A DNA stretch of 32,000 bases, from the NCBI GenBank assembly GCA_051647765.1, contig JBOFEH010000062.1, forward strand, positions 77,132 to 109,131, written 5' to 3'. Below, in pieces: positions 1-7,617 of the stretch (the first letter of the stretch is position 1; the number at the start of each line of letters is the position of its first letter). This DNA comes from Cellulosilyticaceae bacterium. Lineage in GTDB: Bacteria; Bacillota; Clostridia; Lachnospirales; Cellulosilyticaceae. The notes below the pieces were generated by a model. That model did not search any database. It had not been told where the DNA came from and saw only the letters and a program-made list of their open reading frames with translations. The translations under genes and the position numbers were made by a program.

Positions 1-323
1 GTTTGCAAGAATTTTATAAATAGATTTCCCCATACCTTTGCGTAATGCAATATCGTCATAAAGCACTTGGATGCTTTGGGAAAGTTTTTCTTCGGGTGTC
101 AAATGAGATGCATAAATATGGTCTAAGTCTGAAGAAGTACTAAGCCATGCTTTTTGCATCACTTGAATAAAGAGTTGTTTTTTGTTTGGGTAGTAATTAT
201 AGAGTGTGCCCACAGCGATATGACATTTTTGGGCAATCATTTTCATATCAACTTGATTAAAGTCATATTCATTAAATAATGCCATAGCTTCACACTCAAT
301 ACGTTGGTGGATATTGTGAATAA
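1..323 (-). CDS. TetR/AcrR-family transcriptional regulator, N-terminal part (3' end runs off the window start)
   Basis: Absent from the ORF track because it starts with TTG (323-321), 7 nt after a GGGAGA Shine-Dalgarno. My minus-strand translation reads LPKIIHNIHQRIECEAMALFNEYDFNQVDMKMIAQKCHIAVGTLYNYYPNKKQLFIQVM..., the classic TetR HTH signature (..VGTLYNYF..K..L). Confidence 0.75.
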
Positions 324-462
324 TTTTAGGCAAAATATCATCTCCCTTATAGGTTGTACAAAAAATCCTTATAACACAAAATAACATAGTTTAGATATGA
401 AGTAAAGTGTATTTGACCCCCTATAAAAGATAATAAATAATATATTAAATACTATATTTTTT

Positions 463-1197
463 ATGAATATTTGTTATAATAAAAACATGAGAGATTCTAT
501 TTTTAGTACAACTAAGATACAAAGTTATAAGAACATGCCTGATTTGATAGCAGAAGCACTAATTGAAGCGATTGTCCGCGGAAAGTTCAAAGGGGGGGTA
601 CAATTAAAGCAAGATGAGATTGCAAAGCAGTTTGATGTAAGCTTGATTCCAGTAAGAGAGGCACTTATTCAACTTGAAGGGAAGAAGCTTGTTTCTTGTA
701 TCAGAAATAAAGGAACAATTGTAAGAACACTGAGTATCAAAGAGATGAGAGAGCTTTTGGCTGTAAGAAAAATACTAGAAATAGGATGTGTAATGATTCA
801 GCCTGAACAGATTTCGTGTGATGTGCTAGATAAGATGGGGTATATTATACAGAAGATGGACCTTGCACCAGATGCTTTTTCTTTTAGTAGATACAATAGA
901 TTGTTTTATGAATTGTTTTGTGACTTGTCAAGCAATGCTCAGATCAAGGAAACCTATCAAAATATCTTTGTCCGTGTAGAGCGCTATCTCATGTATATGT
1001 ATCACTTGATACCACATGGTGTCATGGATACTAGGTCACATGAGCGTATTTTAGAACTGCTTAGAAAAGGCAAAAAAGATCAGCTGATTGTATTGTTACC
1101 AGAAATTATAGAAACACAAGAAGTAGCTTTTTTGGCATTCTTAGAGCAGCAGGGACCATTGGATAAGCTAGACTTCAATAATTTCCTACCGTTCTAA
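463..1197 (+). CDS. GntR-family transcriptional regulator with FadR/FCD-type C-terminal domain
   Basis: N-terminal winged HTH: LKQDEIAKQFDVSLIPVREALIQLEGKKLVSCIRNKGTIVR. The rest is helical, as in FCD domains. The start is ambiguous (ATG 463, 487 or 535) and none has a good SD. MPDLIAEALIEAI at 535 fits the family N-terminus best. A TGtTATAAT extended -10 at 472-480 would exclude 463. Confidence 0.8.
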   Translation: MNICYNKNMRDSIFSTTKIQSYKNMPDLIAEALIEAIVRGKFKGGVQLKQDEIAKQFDVSLIPVREALIQLEGKKLVSCIRNKGTIVRTLSIKEMRELLAVRKILEIGCVMIQPEQISCDVLDKMGYIIQKMDLAPDAFSFSRYNRLFYELFCDLSSNAQIKETYQNIFVRVERYLMYMYHLIPHGVMDTRSHERILELLRKGKKDQLIVLLPEIIETQEVAFLAFLEQQGPLDKLDFNNFLPF

Positions 1198-1216
1198 AAT
1201 TATTTTTATAAAAGTA

Positions 1217-1244
1217 TTGACAAAAAATTAAAATTGAATATACT
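1217..1244 (+). promoter_or_regulatory. sigma-A-type promoter for the T-box/asnA transcript
   Basis: TTGACA (1217-1222), 16-nt spacer, TATACT (1239-1244), about 30 nt upstream of the first T-box helix. Confidence 0.6.
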
Positions 1245-1270
1245 TTAGATATATTCAAACAATAATTGAA

Positions 1271-1572
1271 AAGCATTGAAAAGAAGAGTAAATCATAAAG
1301 GATGTTACCAGAGAGCTGGGGAAGGTGGAAACCAGTAGCAATATTATGATTGAAGAACATCTTGGAGCTGCTAACCGAACGCCCCCTTGTAGAGAGTGGT
1401 ACTAGTAGGCTTAGACGGGTTTAGACCGTTATATCTAACACGTATCGAGCAATCTGTACGTTCTGAGATGGACTTCTAGTAAGTGAAGTCAATTAGGGTG
1501 GCAACGCGAATGACCTTCGTCCCTTATCTTTATAGCAAGACTATAAAGATAAGAGGCGGAGGCTTTTTTATT
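1271..1572 (+). promoter_or_regulatory. T-box riboswitch leader, probable Asn (AAC) specifier, with intrinsic terminator
   Basis: Stem I elements are all present. GA/K-turn motifs lie at cattGAaaag and cttgGAgctg, and the S-turn AGUA at 1287-1290. The AG bay AGAGAG is at 1310-1315 and the distal loop GGAAGGUGGAAA at 1320-1331. The specifier loop 3' side is GAAGAACA (1352-1359), with AAC-A directly before the lower helix. The conserved T-box sequence AATTAGGGTGGCAACGCG is at 1491-1508, and its UGGC bulge fits a G73 discriminator. A long terminator helix follows (CCTTCGTC..CTTATCTTTATAG / CTATAAAGATAAG..GGCGGAGG) and ends in CTTTTTTATTTT (about 1513-1572). Confidence 0.9.
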
Positions 1573-1595
1573 TTAATCCAAAAGGAGTGATGTAT

Positions 1596-2603
1596 ATGAA
1601 ACTTTTTAAAGTAGAAGGTTATCAGTCAACATTAGATTTGAGAGAAACAGAAGTAGCAATCAAAAAATTAAAAGATTATTTTGAGAAGGCACTTGCTTAT
1701 GAGCTTTATTTGACCCGTGTATCAGCACCGTTATTTGTTAAACCAGAAACAGGGCTTAATGATAATCTCAATGGAACGGAACGTGCAGTTGACTTTGATA
1801 TTTTAGATGATAATGGTTCGAAAGCGGAGATCGTTCACTCCCTTGCAAAGTGGAAACGTATGGCATTAGGACGTTATGGATTTGATGTAGATGAAGGACT
1901 TTACACAGATATGAATGCGATTAGACGTGACGAAGAACTTGATAATTTGCACTCTATCTATGTGGATCAGTGGGACTGGGAAAAAGTGATTACAAAAGAT
2001 ATGCGTCATATAGATTATCTTCAAGAAACAGTTAAGAAAATCTACAACGCTTTTCTTAAAACAGAAAACTATGTGGCACATGAGTACCCACAAATTGAAA
2101 AGTGGCTACCAGAAGAGATTACTTTTATCACAACAGAGGAGCTTATTGCCAAATATCCAGGGCTAGATGCAAAACAAAGAGAAGATGCTATTTGTAAAGA
2201 GAAAAAAGCGGTATTTGTGATGCAAATTGGAGATATCTTATCTAATGGTGAAAAACATGATGGGAGAGCACCAGACTATGATGATTGGAGCTTAAATGGC
2301 GACTTGTTATTCTGGAATCCTTTGTTAGACCGTGCATTTGAGCTTTCTTCAATGGGTATTAGAGTAGATGAAGTGGCACTTAGCGAGCAGCTTGACAAGG
2401 CAGGGTGTAAAGAGCGTAGTCAGTTCCCATTCCACAAGATGGTATTAGAACAAAAAATACCATATACAATAGGTGGGGGGATTGGGCAATCCCGTATTTG
2501 TATGTTTTTCCTACACAAAGCACATATTGGAGAAGTGCAAGCTTCTATCTGGCAGGATGAAATGATTGCAGAATGTGAAAAACAAGGTATTATCTTACTC
2601 TAA
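1596..2603 (+). CDS. asnA: Aspartate--ammonia ligase (asparagine synthetase A)
   Basis: AsnA hallmark blocks are present: [57 protein letters not shown] 1596 sits 8 nt after GGAG (1584-1587). The track start at 1587 lies inside the SD. Confidence 0.95.
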   Translation: MKLFKVEGYQSTLDLRETEVAIKKLKDYFEKALAYELYLTRVSAPLFVKPETGLNDNLNGTERAVDFDILDDNGSKAEIVHSLAKWKRMALGRYGFDVDEGLYTDMNAIRRDEELDNLHSIYVDQWDWEKVITKDMRHIDYLQETVKKIYNAFLKTENYVAHEYPQIEKWLPEEITFITTEELIAKYPGLDAKQREDAICKEKKAVFVMQIGDILSNGEKHDGRAPDYDDWSLNGDLLFWNPLLDRAFELSSMGIRVDEVALSEQLDKAGCKERSQFPFHKMVLEQKIPYTIGGGIGQSRICMFFLHKAHIGEVQASIWQDEMIAECEKQGIILL

Positions 2604-2653
2604 ATGATACAAACTATCCTCAAACGATTGATTCAAATGAGGAGGTTTATATC

Positions 2654-3082
2654 ATGGGAAGTATTGTAGCGATTGTGTCAGGGCTATTGATGAGTATGCA
2701 GGGGGTTTGGAATACAAGGCTCACAGAAAAAGCGGGGATATGGTTTACCAATAGTATCGTACACTTTGTGGGGTTAATCTTTGCATTAATTGTTCTGTTA
2801 TTTGTGAGAGATGGTAACTTAGAAGGCGTGAAAGCTGTTAACAAACTCTATTTGTTTGGCGGGGTGTTAGGAGCAGGGATAGTCTATACAGTGATTATAT
2901 CCATCTCCAAGCTAGGCCCAGCAGGAGCCACTATGCTCATACTCATTGCACAGATTATAGGGTCGTACTTGATTGAATTATTTGGCCTTTTTGGAACAGA
3001 TAAAGTACATTTTCAGTGGACCAAAGTCATAGCAGTAGGACTGATGATTGCAGGGATTATAGTATTTAAATTAGACCGTTAA
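2654..3082 (+). CDS. DUF606/YdcZ-family small membrane protein (DMT-superfamily-like, about 4-5 TM helices)
   Basis: 142 aa and almost entirely hydrophobic helices: GSIVAIVSGLLMSMQGVWNTRL..., ..VIAVGLMIAGIIVFKL. GAGGAGG SD lies upstream. Only 50 nt separate it from asnA and there is no hairpin, so co-transcription is likely. Confidence 0.65.
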   Translation: MGSIVAIVSGLLMSMQGVWNTRLTEKAGIWFTNSIVHFVGLIFALIVLLFVRDGNLEGVKAVNKLYLFGGVLGAGIVYTVIISISKLGPAGATMLILIAQIIGSYLIELFGLFGTDKVHFQWTKVIAVGLMIAGIIVFKLDR

Positions 3083-3096
3083 CTTAAAGTATGAAC

Positions 3097-3132
3097 AAAA
3101 ATAGCTTAGGCCAGTTGGCCTAAGCTATTTTT
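3097..3132. terminator. Bidirectional intrinsic terminator shared by the DUF606 gene (+) and nrdG (-)
   Basis: Perfect 16-bp stem AAAAATAGCTTAGGCC / GGCCTAAGCTATTTTT with loop AGTT. There are A/T runs on both sides. The nrdG stop codon lies inside the 3' arm. Confidence 0.85.
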
Positions 3133-3607
3133 GTTTTTGGATCATCCCATTTGTAAGAGATAAAATCCTTTGATTGGAAGAACCTATATATTTTGTAGTA
3201 TCTGTATGCTGCGACTTGATATAGGGACCATCTACTAGGACGTCTATATAAGGGAGCAGCTTGCTTTTGATAGGTTCTAAGGCAAGTGTCTCATAAAGAT
3301 AACCAGTATAGACCCATACAGAGATCCCCTTTGCTTTAAGTCTTTTGAGAAGTTCTAGGAGTGCAGGTGCTTGTTCAAAAGGGTCTCCCCCTGAGATGGT
3401 AACCCCATCTACAAGAGGGAGATTTTTGAGAATGCGCTGTAATACTGTATCTAGGGCGACTGATTCACCATAGGTGGTATCTTGCATTGCTGGATTATGA
3501 CAGCCTTTGCAGTTGTGGTGGCAGCCTGAGAGGAAGAGGGTACTGCGAAACCCTTCTCCATTCACCAAGGAGTGGTCAAGAAACCCTGCAACTTGTAAGT
3601 GTGGCAT
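3125..3607 (-). CDS. nrdG: Anaerobic ribonucleoside-triphosphate reductase activating protein (radical SAM)
   Basis: N-terminal FLSGCHHNCKGCHNP cluster (CxxxCxxC-type) and 160 aa. Its ATG overlaps the nrdD stop codon by 1 nt (TAATG on the minus strand at 3605-3609). Confidence 0.9.
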   Translation of the reverse strand: MPHLQVAGFLDHSLVNGEGFRSTLFLSGCHHNCKGCHNPAMQDTTYGESVALDTVLQRILKNLPLVDGVTISGGDPFEQAPALLELLKRLKAKGISVWVYTGYLYETLALEPIKSKLLPYIDVLVDGPYIKSQHTDTTKYIGSSNQRILSLTNGMIQKQK

Positions 3608-5724
3608 TAGACGATGTGGTAGATGCGTCTATTGCTTCCGTCATGGGATAGACGATCATTCCTTTCGGCAGATTTGCCACCGCCAAAGCGCTCATCCAGG
3701 CTGAGATAACCTGTGACGCGGCTAATGCCTTGGATAGATTGACTGCCACAGTCAGGACAATTTTTGACACTATCTTCAATCATGGCACCACAGTCTTTGC
3801 AGTAGCGTAAGTGGAAGTTGATACCGATGTAGCTGATGTTAGAGTGAGCATAAGCATAAGAGATGATTTTTTCAATGGTTTCTGGCGTAGGATAACCATC
3901 TACTTCGATATAACTAATATGGCCTGCGTTACAGAGCTTATGGAACGGTGCTTCAATCTGAATTTTGTCAATAATAGAGATAGGGAAACCTACAGGGATA
4001 TGGAAGCTATTGGTGTAATATTCTTTGTCGGTTACACCAGTAATCATACCAAAACGTGCACGGTCTTGGGCAATGAATTTGCCGCTTAGACCTTCAGCTG
4101 GCGTTGCGTAGCATGCCCAGTTCATTTGTGTATCAGCCGTGGTTTGGTCTGTGAAGTTACGCATACGCTTGATGATGCGGTAGCCAAGTTCTCTCGCTTC
4201 GTCGCTTTGACCATGATGGCTACCAACCAGTGCATGGAGTGTTTCTGCTAATCCAATAAAGCCAATAACCCAAGAACCATTTTTGAGGATAGGTTCAATC
4301 GTATCTTCTGGAGATAGGCCTTCAGAACCTAACATGAGACCTTGACCAGCTACAAAAGGTAGGTCTTTGACTTTGAGTCTACGTACCACTTCATAACGAT
4401 GAAGTAGAGACTCTTTGGCATTGTGAAGGCGCTCATCAAGAAGCTTCCAGAAACGGTCTAAATCCCCACCAGCAAGTATGCCAAGGCGTGGTAAGTTAAT
4501 CGTGGTAGGTGCATTGTTACCACGTCTATTAGGACCTTCAGGACCATTGACATTAGAACAAATATACGTACGGCACCCCATAGTTGCAGGTAAGATGCCT
4601 TTTTTGTAGTAGTGGTAATTAAAATCAGCATCAATATTCATAAAAGTTGGATTCATACGTGTTGCAGCTACGCGGCAAGCGAGTTTAAATAAGTAGTAGT
4701 ATGGATCGCCTGGTTCACGATTGACCCCTTTTTTGATTCTAAAAATAATGTTAGGGAAGATTGGCTGCTCATTTTTGCCAAGTCCCTTCTCATATTCTTC
4801 AAGGAAAATTTGACATACAAGTGCAGCATCTTCAGAGAGTGGAATACCAATGTTAAGACTACTAAAAGGAACCTGTGAACCAGCACGTGAATGCATGGTA
4901 TTGAGATTAAAGACAATCCCTTGCATAGCTTGATGTACACGTGAGCAGAGTTTTTCTTCTACAAAAGCATCAAAAGCTTCTTGGCCCATAGTGTCAGCAA
5001 GTATTTGGTATTCATATTGGATTTCTTCACGTGTTGCCCCTACATACTCTGCCATATCATTGTCGAAATTAACATGAGATTGGCCACCAAACATGTCATT
5101 TTGAGAAGATTGGAGAAGTATACAACTGAGCTCAGCAGCAGATTCAATACGCTTAGGCTTATTAATTGTGCCATAGCCCGTATTAAAACCGTTTTTGAAC
5201 ACATCACCTGTATCAATATGTAGACAGTTGAGTGTGAGGTTATAACTATCTAAATCGTGGTAATAGAGATCACCCAGTTCGTGCAATTTAGAAAGATGTT
5301 TTGGCATAGAGGAAAGATTGTGCCATTTGTTCGTCTCACTAGCGATGCGAAGTAGTTTTGAGGAGAAGTTATTCCCCACGTTAGCGTTATCTCTATCTGT
5401 TTCAATACCGATTGCATGAACAGTGTCCATGAGTTCTGATTTTAAATCACGAATACGGGTTCTTTCTTTGCGGTAATTAGCGTATGCGCTTTTGATGGCA
5501 TCATACTCTAAGTCAATTAGTGTTTGTTCTATTAAATCTTGTATGGACTCTACTGTAATATCGTACACAGCAGCATCTTGGATACGCCTTTCAACCTCAC
5601 GTGCAATCAGGTCAATATCCACTTGGAGATTAAGTTCTTTAGCAGGTTTAATGATTGCATTTCTAATCTTTGTACTATCATAACCAACTTTTCGACCATC
5701 TCTCTTAATAACGTAGTATTCCAT
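3607..5724 (-). CDS. nrdD: Anaerobic ribonucleoside-triphosphate reductase (class III)
   Basis: N-terminal ATP-cone: MEYYVIKRDGRKVGYDSTKI. C-terminal Zn ribbon CKDCG...CPDCGS, followed by the glycyl-radical motif SRVTGYLS. ATG at 5724 follows a GAGGGGG SD. The track start at 5739 is upstream of that SD. Confidence 0.95.
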   Translation of the reverse strand: MEYYVIKRDGRKVGYDSTKIRNAIIKPAKELNLQVDIDLIAREVERRIQDAAVYDITVESIQDLIEQTLIDLEYDAIKSAYANYRKERTRIRDLKSELMDTVHAIGIETDRDNANVGNNFSSKLLRIASETNKWHNLSSMPKHLSKLHELGDLYYHDLDSYNLTLNCLHIDTGDVFKNGFNTGYGTINKPKRIESAAELSCILLQSSQNDMFGGQSHVNFDNDMAEYVGATREEIQYEYQILADTMGQEAFDAFVEEKLCSRVHQAMQGIVFNLNTMHSRAGSQVPFSSLNIGIPLSEDAALVCQIFLEEYEKGLGKNEQPIFPNIIFRIKKGVNREPGDPYYYLFKLACRVAATRMNPTFMNIDADFNYHYYKKGILPATMGCRTYICSNVNGPEGPNRRGNNAPTTINLPRLGILAGGDLDRFWKLLDERLHNAKESLLHRYEVVRRLKVKDLPFVAGQGLMLGSEGLSPEDTIEPILKNGSWVIGFIGLAETLHALVGSHHGQSDEARELGYRIIKRMRNFTDQTTADTQMNWACYATPAEGLSGKFIAQDRARFGMITGVTDKEYYTNSFHIPVGFPISIIDKIQIEAPFHKLCNAGHISYIEVDGYPTPETIEKIISYAYAHSNISYIGINFHLRYCKDCGAMIEDSVKNCPDCGSQSIQGISRVTGYLSLDERFGGGKSAERNDRLSHDGSNRRIYHIV

Positions 5725-5764
5725 AACGAACCCCCTCAAAATATAACAACATGATATACCTATG

Positions 5765-5812
5765 ATACAATATATGTATGTTGCAAACTATTTAATATAC
5801 TATATGTTGTGT
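5765..5812 (-). promoter_or_regulatory. nrdDG promoter region with NrdR-box-like operators
   Basis: The minus strand reads TTGCAA-17 nt-TAGTAT. ACACAACATATAGTAT (5812-5797) overlaps the -10 and matches 14 of 16 positions of the NrdR box consensus acaCwAtATaTwGtgt. A weaker second box, ATACATATATTGTAT (5779-5765), lies about 32 bp away. Confidence 0.55.
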
Positions 5813-6008
5813 ATATTAATTGCAAGACAGTCTTTTTAAGTGTTTTTGTCAAGACTTTTTATAGTAAAAAGTCATAGGCATTTGTCTAATAAAAGACCTG
5901 AAATTTCATCAAAATTCCAGTTGATATTTTGGGCCAAGTATGTATGGTTGCAATATATTTCAAATAAGGTAAAATAAATACAGACTTTATAGAACGAAGG
6001 AGAACGCT

Positions 6009-6716
6009 ATGAAATCATATGTTGTTGTGGATATTGAGACCACAGGTACACAACCTTTAAAGAGTGATATTATTGAAATAGGTGCCGTTTATATAGAGAA
6101 TCATCAAGTGATTAAAAAATATAGTTCATTAGTTAAACCAACCCAACAGATTTCTGAGTATATTGAATCGATTACAGGTATTAGTAATGAAATGGTACAA
6201 GATGCAAGGCCTATCACAGAAGTACTACCAGAGTTTATAGAATTTTGTGGGGATGTGCCATTAGTAGGGCATAATCTCATTGTATTTGATTATCGCATGC
6301 TCAAAGTGAAGGCTACAAGGTTAGGGCTAGCCTTTAATAAGGAAGCTGTGGATACACTGATTATAGCGCGTAAGATGCTTGGGGAACTTCCAAGTCGTAA
6401 ACTAGGAGATTTGTGTAGGCATTATAAGATAGATTTAGTCAATGCCCATAGAGCTTATGATGATGCTTATGCGACATACCAACTTTACGAAAAGCTTTAC
6501 GCGGGGTTTGCTCATCAAGAACCCAAATTATTTGAACCAGAAGTTCAGACTTGGGAGATTCCCGAGTTTGTGCCGATTACAGCTAAGCAACAAAGTTTTT
6601 TATTAAAACTCTGTAAAATGCATAATATAATACTAGACCAAGAAATTAGCAGTTACTCCAAATCAGAGGCAAGTCGTCAAATTGATGGGATTATTAGGGA
6701 GTACGGAAGGGGATAG
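6009..6716 (+). CDS. DEDDh 3'-5' exonuclease (DnaQ/PolIII-epsilon-like) with a roughly 60-aa C-terminal extension
   Basis: Exo I is VVDIETTG, Exo II is GHNLIVFDYRML and Exo III is HRAYDDAYATYQLY. AAGGAGAA SD lies upstream. Confidence 0.85.
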   Translation: MKSYVVVDIETTGTQPLKSDIIEIGAVYIENHQVIKKYSSLVKPTQQISEYIESITGISNEMVQDARPITEVLPEFIEFCGDVPLVGHNLIVFDYRMLKVKATRLGLAFNKEAVDTLIIARKMLGELPSRKLGDLCRHYKIDLVNAHRAYDDAYATYQLYEKLYAGFAHQEPKLFEPEVQTWEIPEFVPITAKQQSFLLKLCKMHNIILDQEISSYSKSEASRQIDGIIREYGRG

Positions 6717-6724
6717 ATTCATTT

Positions 6725-7564
6725 ATGAATTTGATCCATGAGTATTGTTACGGTAAGGAAGATACCAAAATATTTTGTAGACGGGATATTCCCTATAAGT
6801 GCAAGGCTATCGTAGTGATAGCCCATGGTTTTATGGAGCACTCGGGGAGGTATATTGATTTTGCACGCACTTTGGTTGCTCATAATATAGGGGTGTGCAT
6901 TATTGACCATAGGGGGAATGGGCTTTCAGATGGAACAAAAGGAGATATAGGAGATTTTTTTGATTTTGTGGAGGATCTGAAATGTGTTATTTCAAAACTG
7001 CACAAGTATCATAAGCCTATTATCACTTTTGGGCATTCTATGGGGGGACTTATTACTTTTATCTATGGACTTAAGTATGGCGAAAATATTGCGGGACAAA
7101 TTTTTTCGTCCCCTGCATTAGGTGTGCCGATTGGTTGCAAAAATTTGCCGCAGGCCTTCTACGAGAATATAGGGCATGTGGCAGGAGAGCTGAAGTGGCA
7201 TCGTATTGGAGAAGGCTTAGCGACCCGTAATCAAACTTACGTCGAGGTGTTCAAAAAAGATAGTGTAGCCAATGAGTTTGCCACGATGCATTTTATGGAT
7301 CAATTTTTGAGGATAGGCGTTGAATATGCTATCAGCCATGCCCAAACCTATGAGGTGCCTGCATTGTTTTTGTTAGGGGACCAAGACAAGGTGATTCCTA
7401 TTAGCCGTAATAGGGCTATTTTGAAGATGATTCCTTATGAAGAGAAGGTGGTCAAAGAGTACAAGGGATGTATGCATGACCTCCTCCATGATTTGGATGA
7501 GGAAGTCGAAAAAATAGAAATAGACATACTGATTTGGATAGAAGACCTCTTAAAAAAGTGCTAA
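6725..7564 (+). CDS. Alpha/beta hydrolase, lysophospholipase/monoacylglycerol-lipase-like
   Basis: The HG oxyanion motif is VIAHGFMEHSGRY. The nucleophile elbow is GHSMGG, the acid is GDQDKVIP and the histidine is in GCMHDLLHD. Confidence 0.85.
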   Translation: MNLIHEYCYGKEDTKIFCRRDIPYKCKAIVVIAHGFMEHSGRYIDFARTLVAHNIGVCIIDHRGNGLSDGTKGDIGDFFDFVEDLKCVISKLHKYHKPIITFGHSMGGLITFIYGLKYGENIAGQIFSSPALGVPIGCKNLPQAFYENIGHVAGELKWHRIGEGLATRNQTYVEVFKKDSVANEFATMHFMDQFLRIGVEYAISHAQTYEVPALFLLGDQDKVIPISRNRAILKMIPYEEKVVKEYKGCMHDLLHDLDEEVEKIEIDILIWIEDLLKKC

Positions 7565-7579
7565 AGGCACTTTTTTTTT
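7552..7579 (+). terminator. Weak AT-rich hairpin plus T-run at the hydrolase stop codon
   Basis: AAAAAAGTGC-TAAAG-GCACTTTTTT followed by TTT. The stop codon TAA is in the loop. Only 4 G:C pairs, so termination efficiency is uncertain. Confidence 0.4.
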
Positions 7580-7617
7580 CATACCATAATAAGGAAATCG
7601 TTGAGAGTAGTGAGCCT

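Noticed and set aside
1352-1359. Alternative T-box specifier GAA (Glu), or CAU (His), read from the S-turn GAA
   Set aside because: GAA would be followed by C, not the conserved purine. CAU would pair into the lower helix and needs a C73 tRNA, whereas the UGGC bulge fits G73. AAC-A directly abutting the lower helix matches the regulated gene, asnA. A covariance-model alignment is still needed.
1175-1360. 61-aa minus-strand ORF
   Set aside because: It overlaps the promoter and Stem I of a canonical T-box leader, and the RNA structure explains this region.
5773-5954. Direct repeat TATGTATG(G)TTGCAA at 5773-5786 and 5940-5954, considered as possible invertible-element or operator repeats
   Set aside because: It is only 14-15 nt with an indel, and it is direct rather than inverted. 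Both copies coincide with -35-like TTGCAA hexamers in AT-rich promoter DNA, so chance or promoter similarity is the simplest explanation.
7580-7588. CATACCATA upstream of csp1 as a SigE/SigK-type mother-cell -10 element
   Set aside because: The -10-like string is present, but I find no appropriately spaced -35 (ATA or AC): the nearest AC is only 9 nt away. The match is too short to call in AT-rich DNA.
7534-7617. Longer N-terminus for Csp paralogue 1 (track start at 7534)
   Set aside because: It would overlap the hydrolase gene by 31 nt and would read through its stop-codon hairpin and T-run. The added residues (MDRRPLKKVLKALFFSYHNKE...) have no family resemblance.
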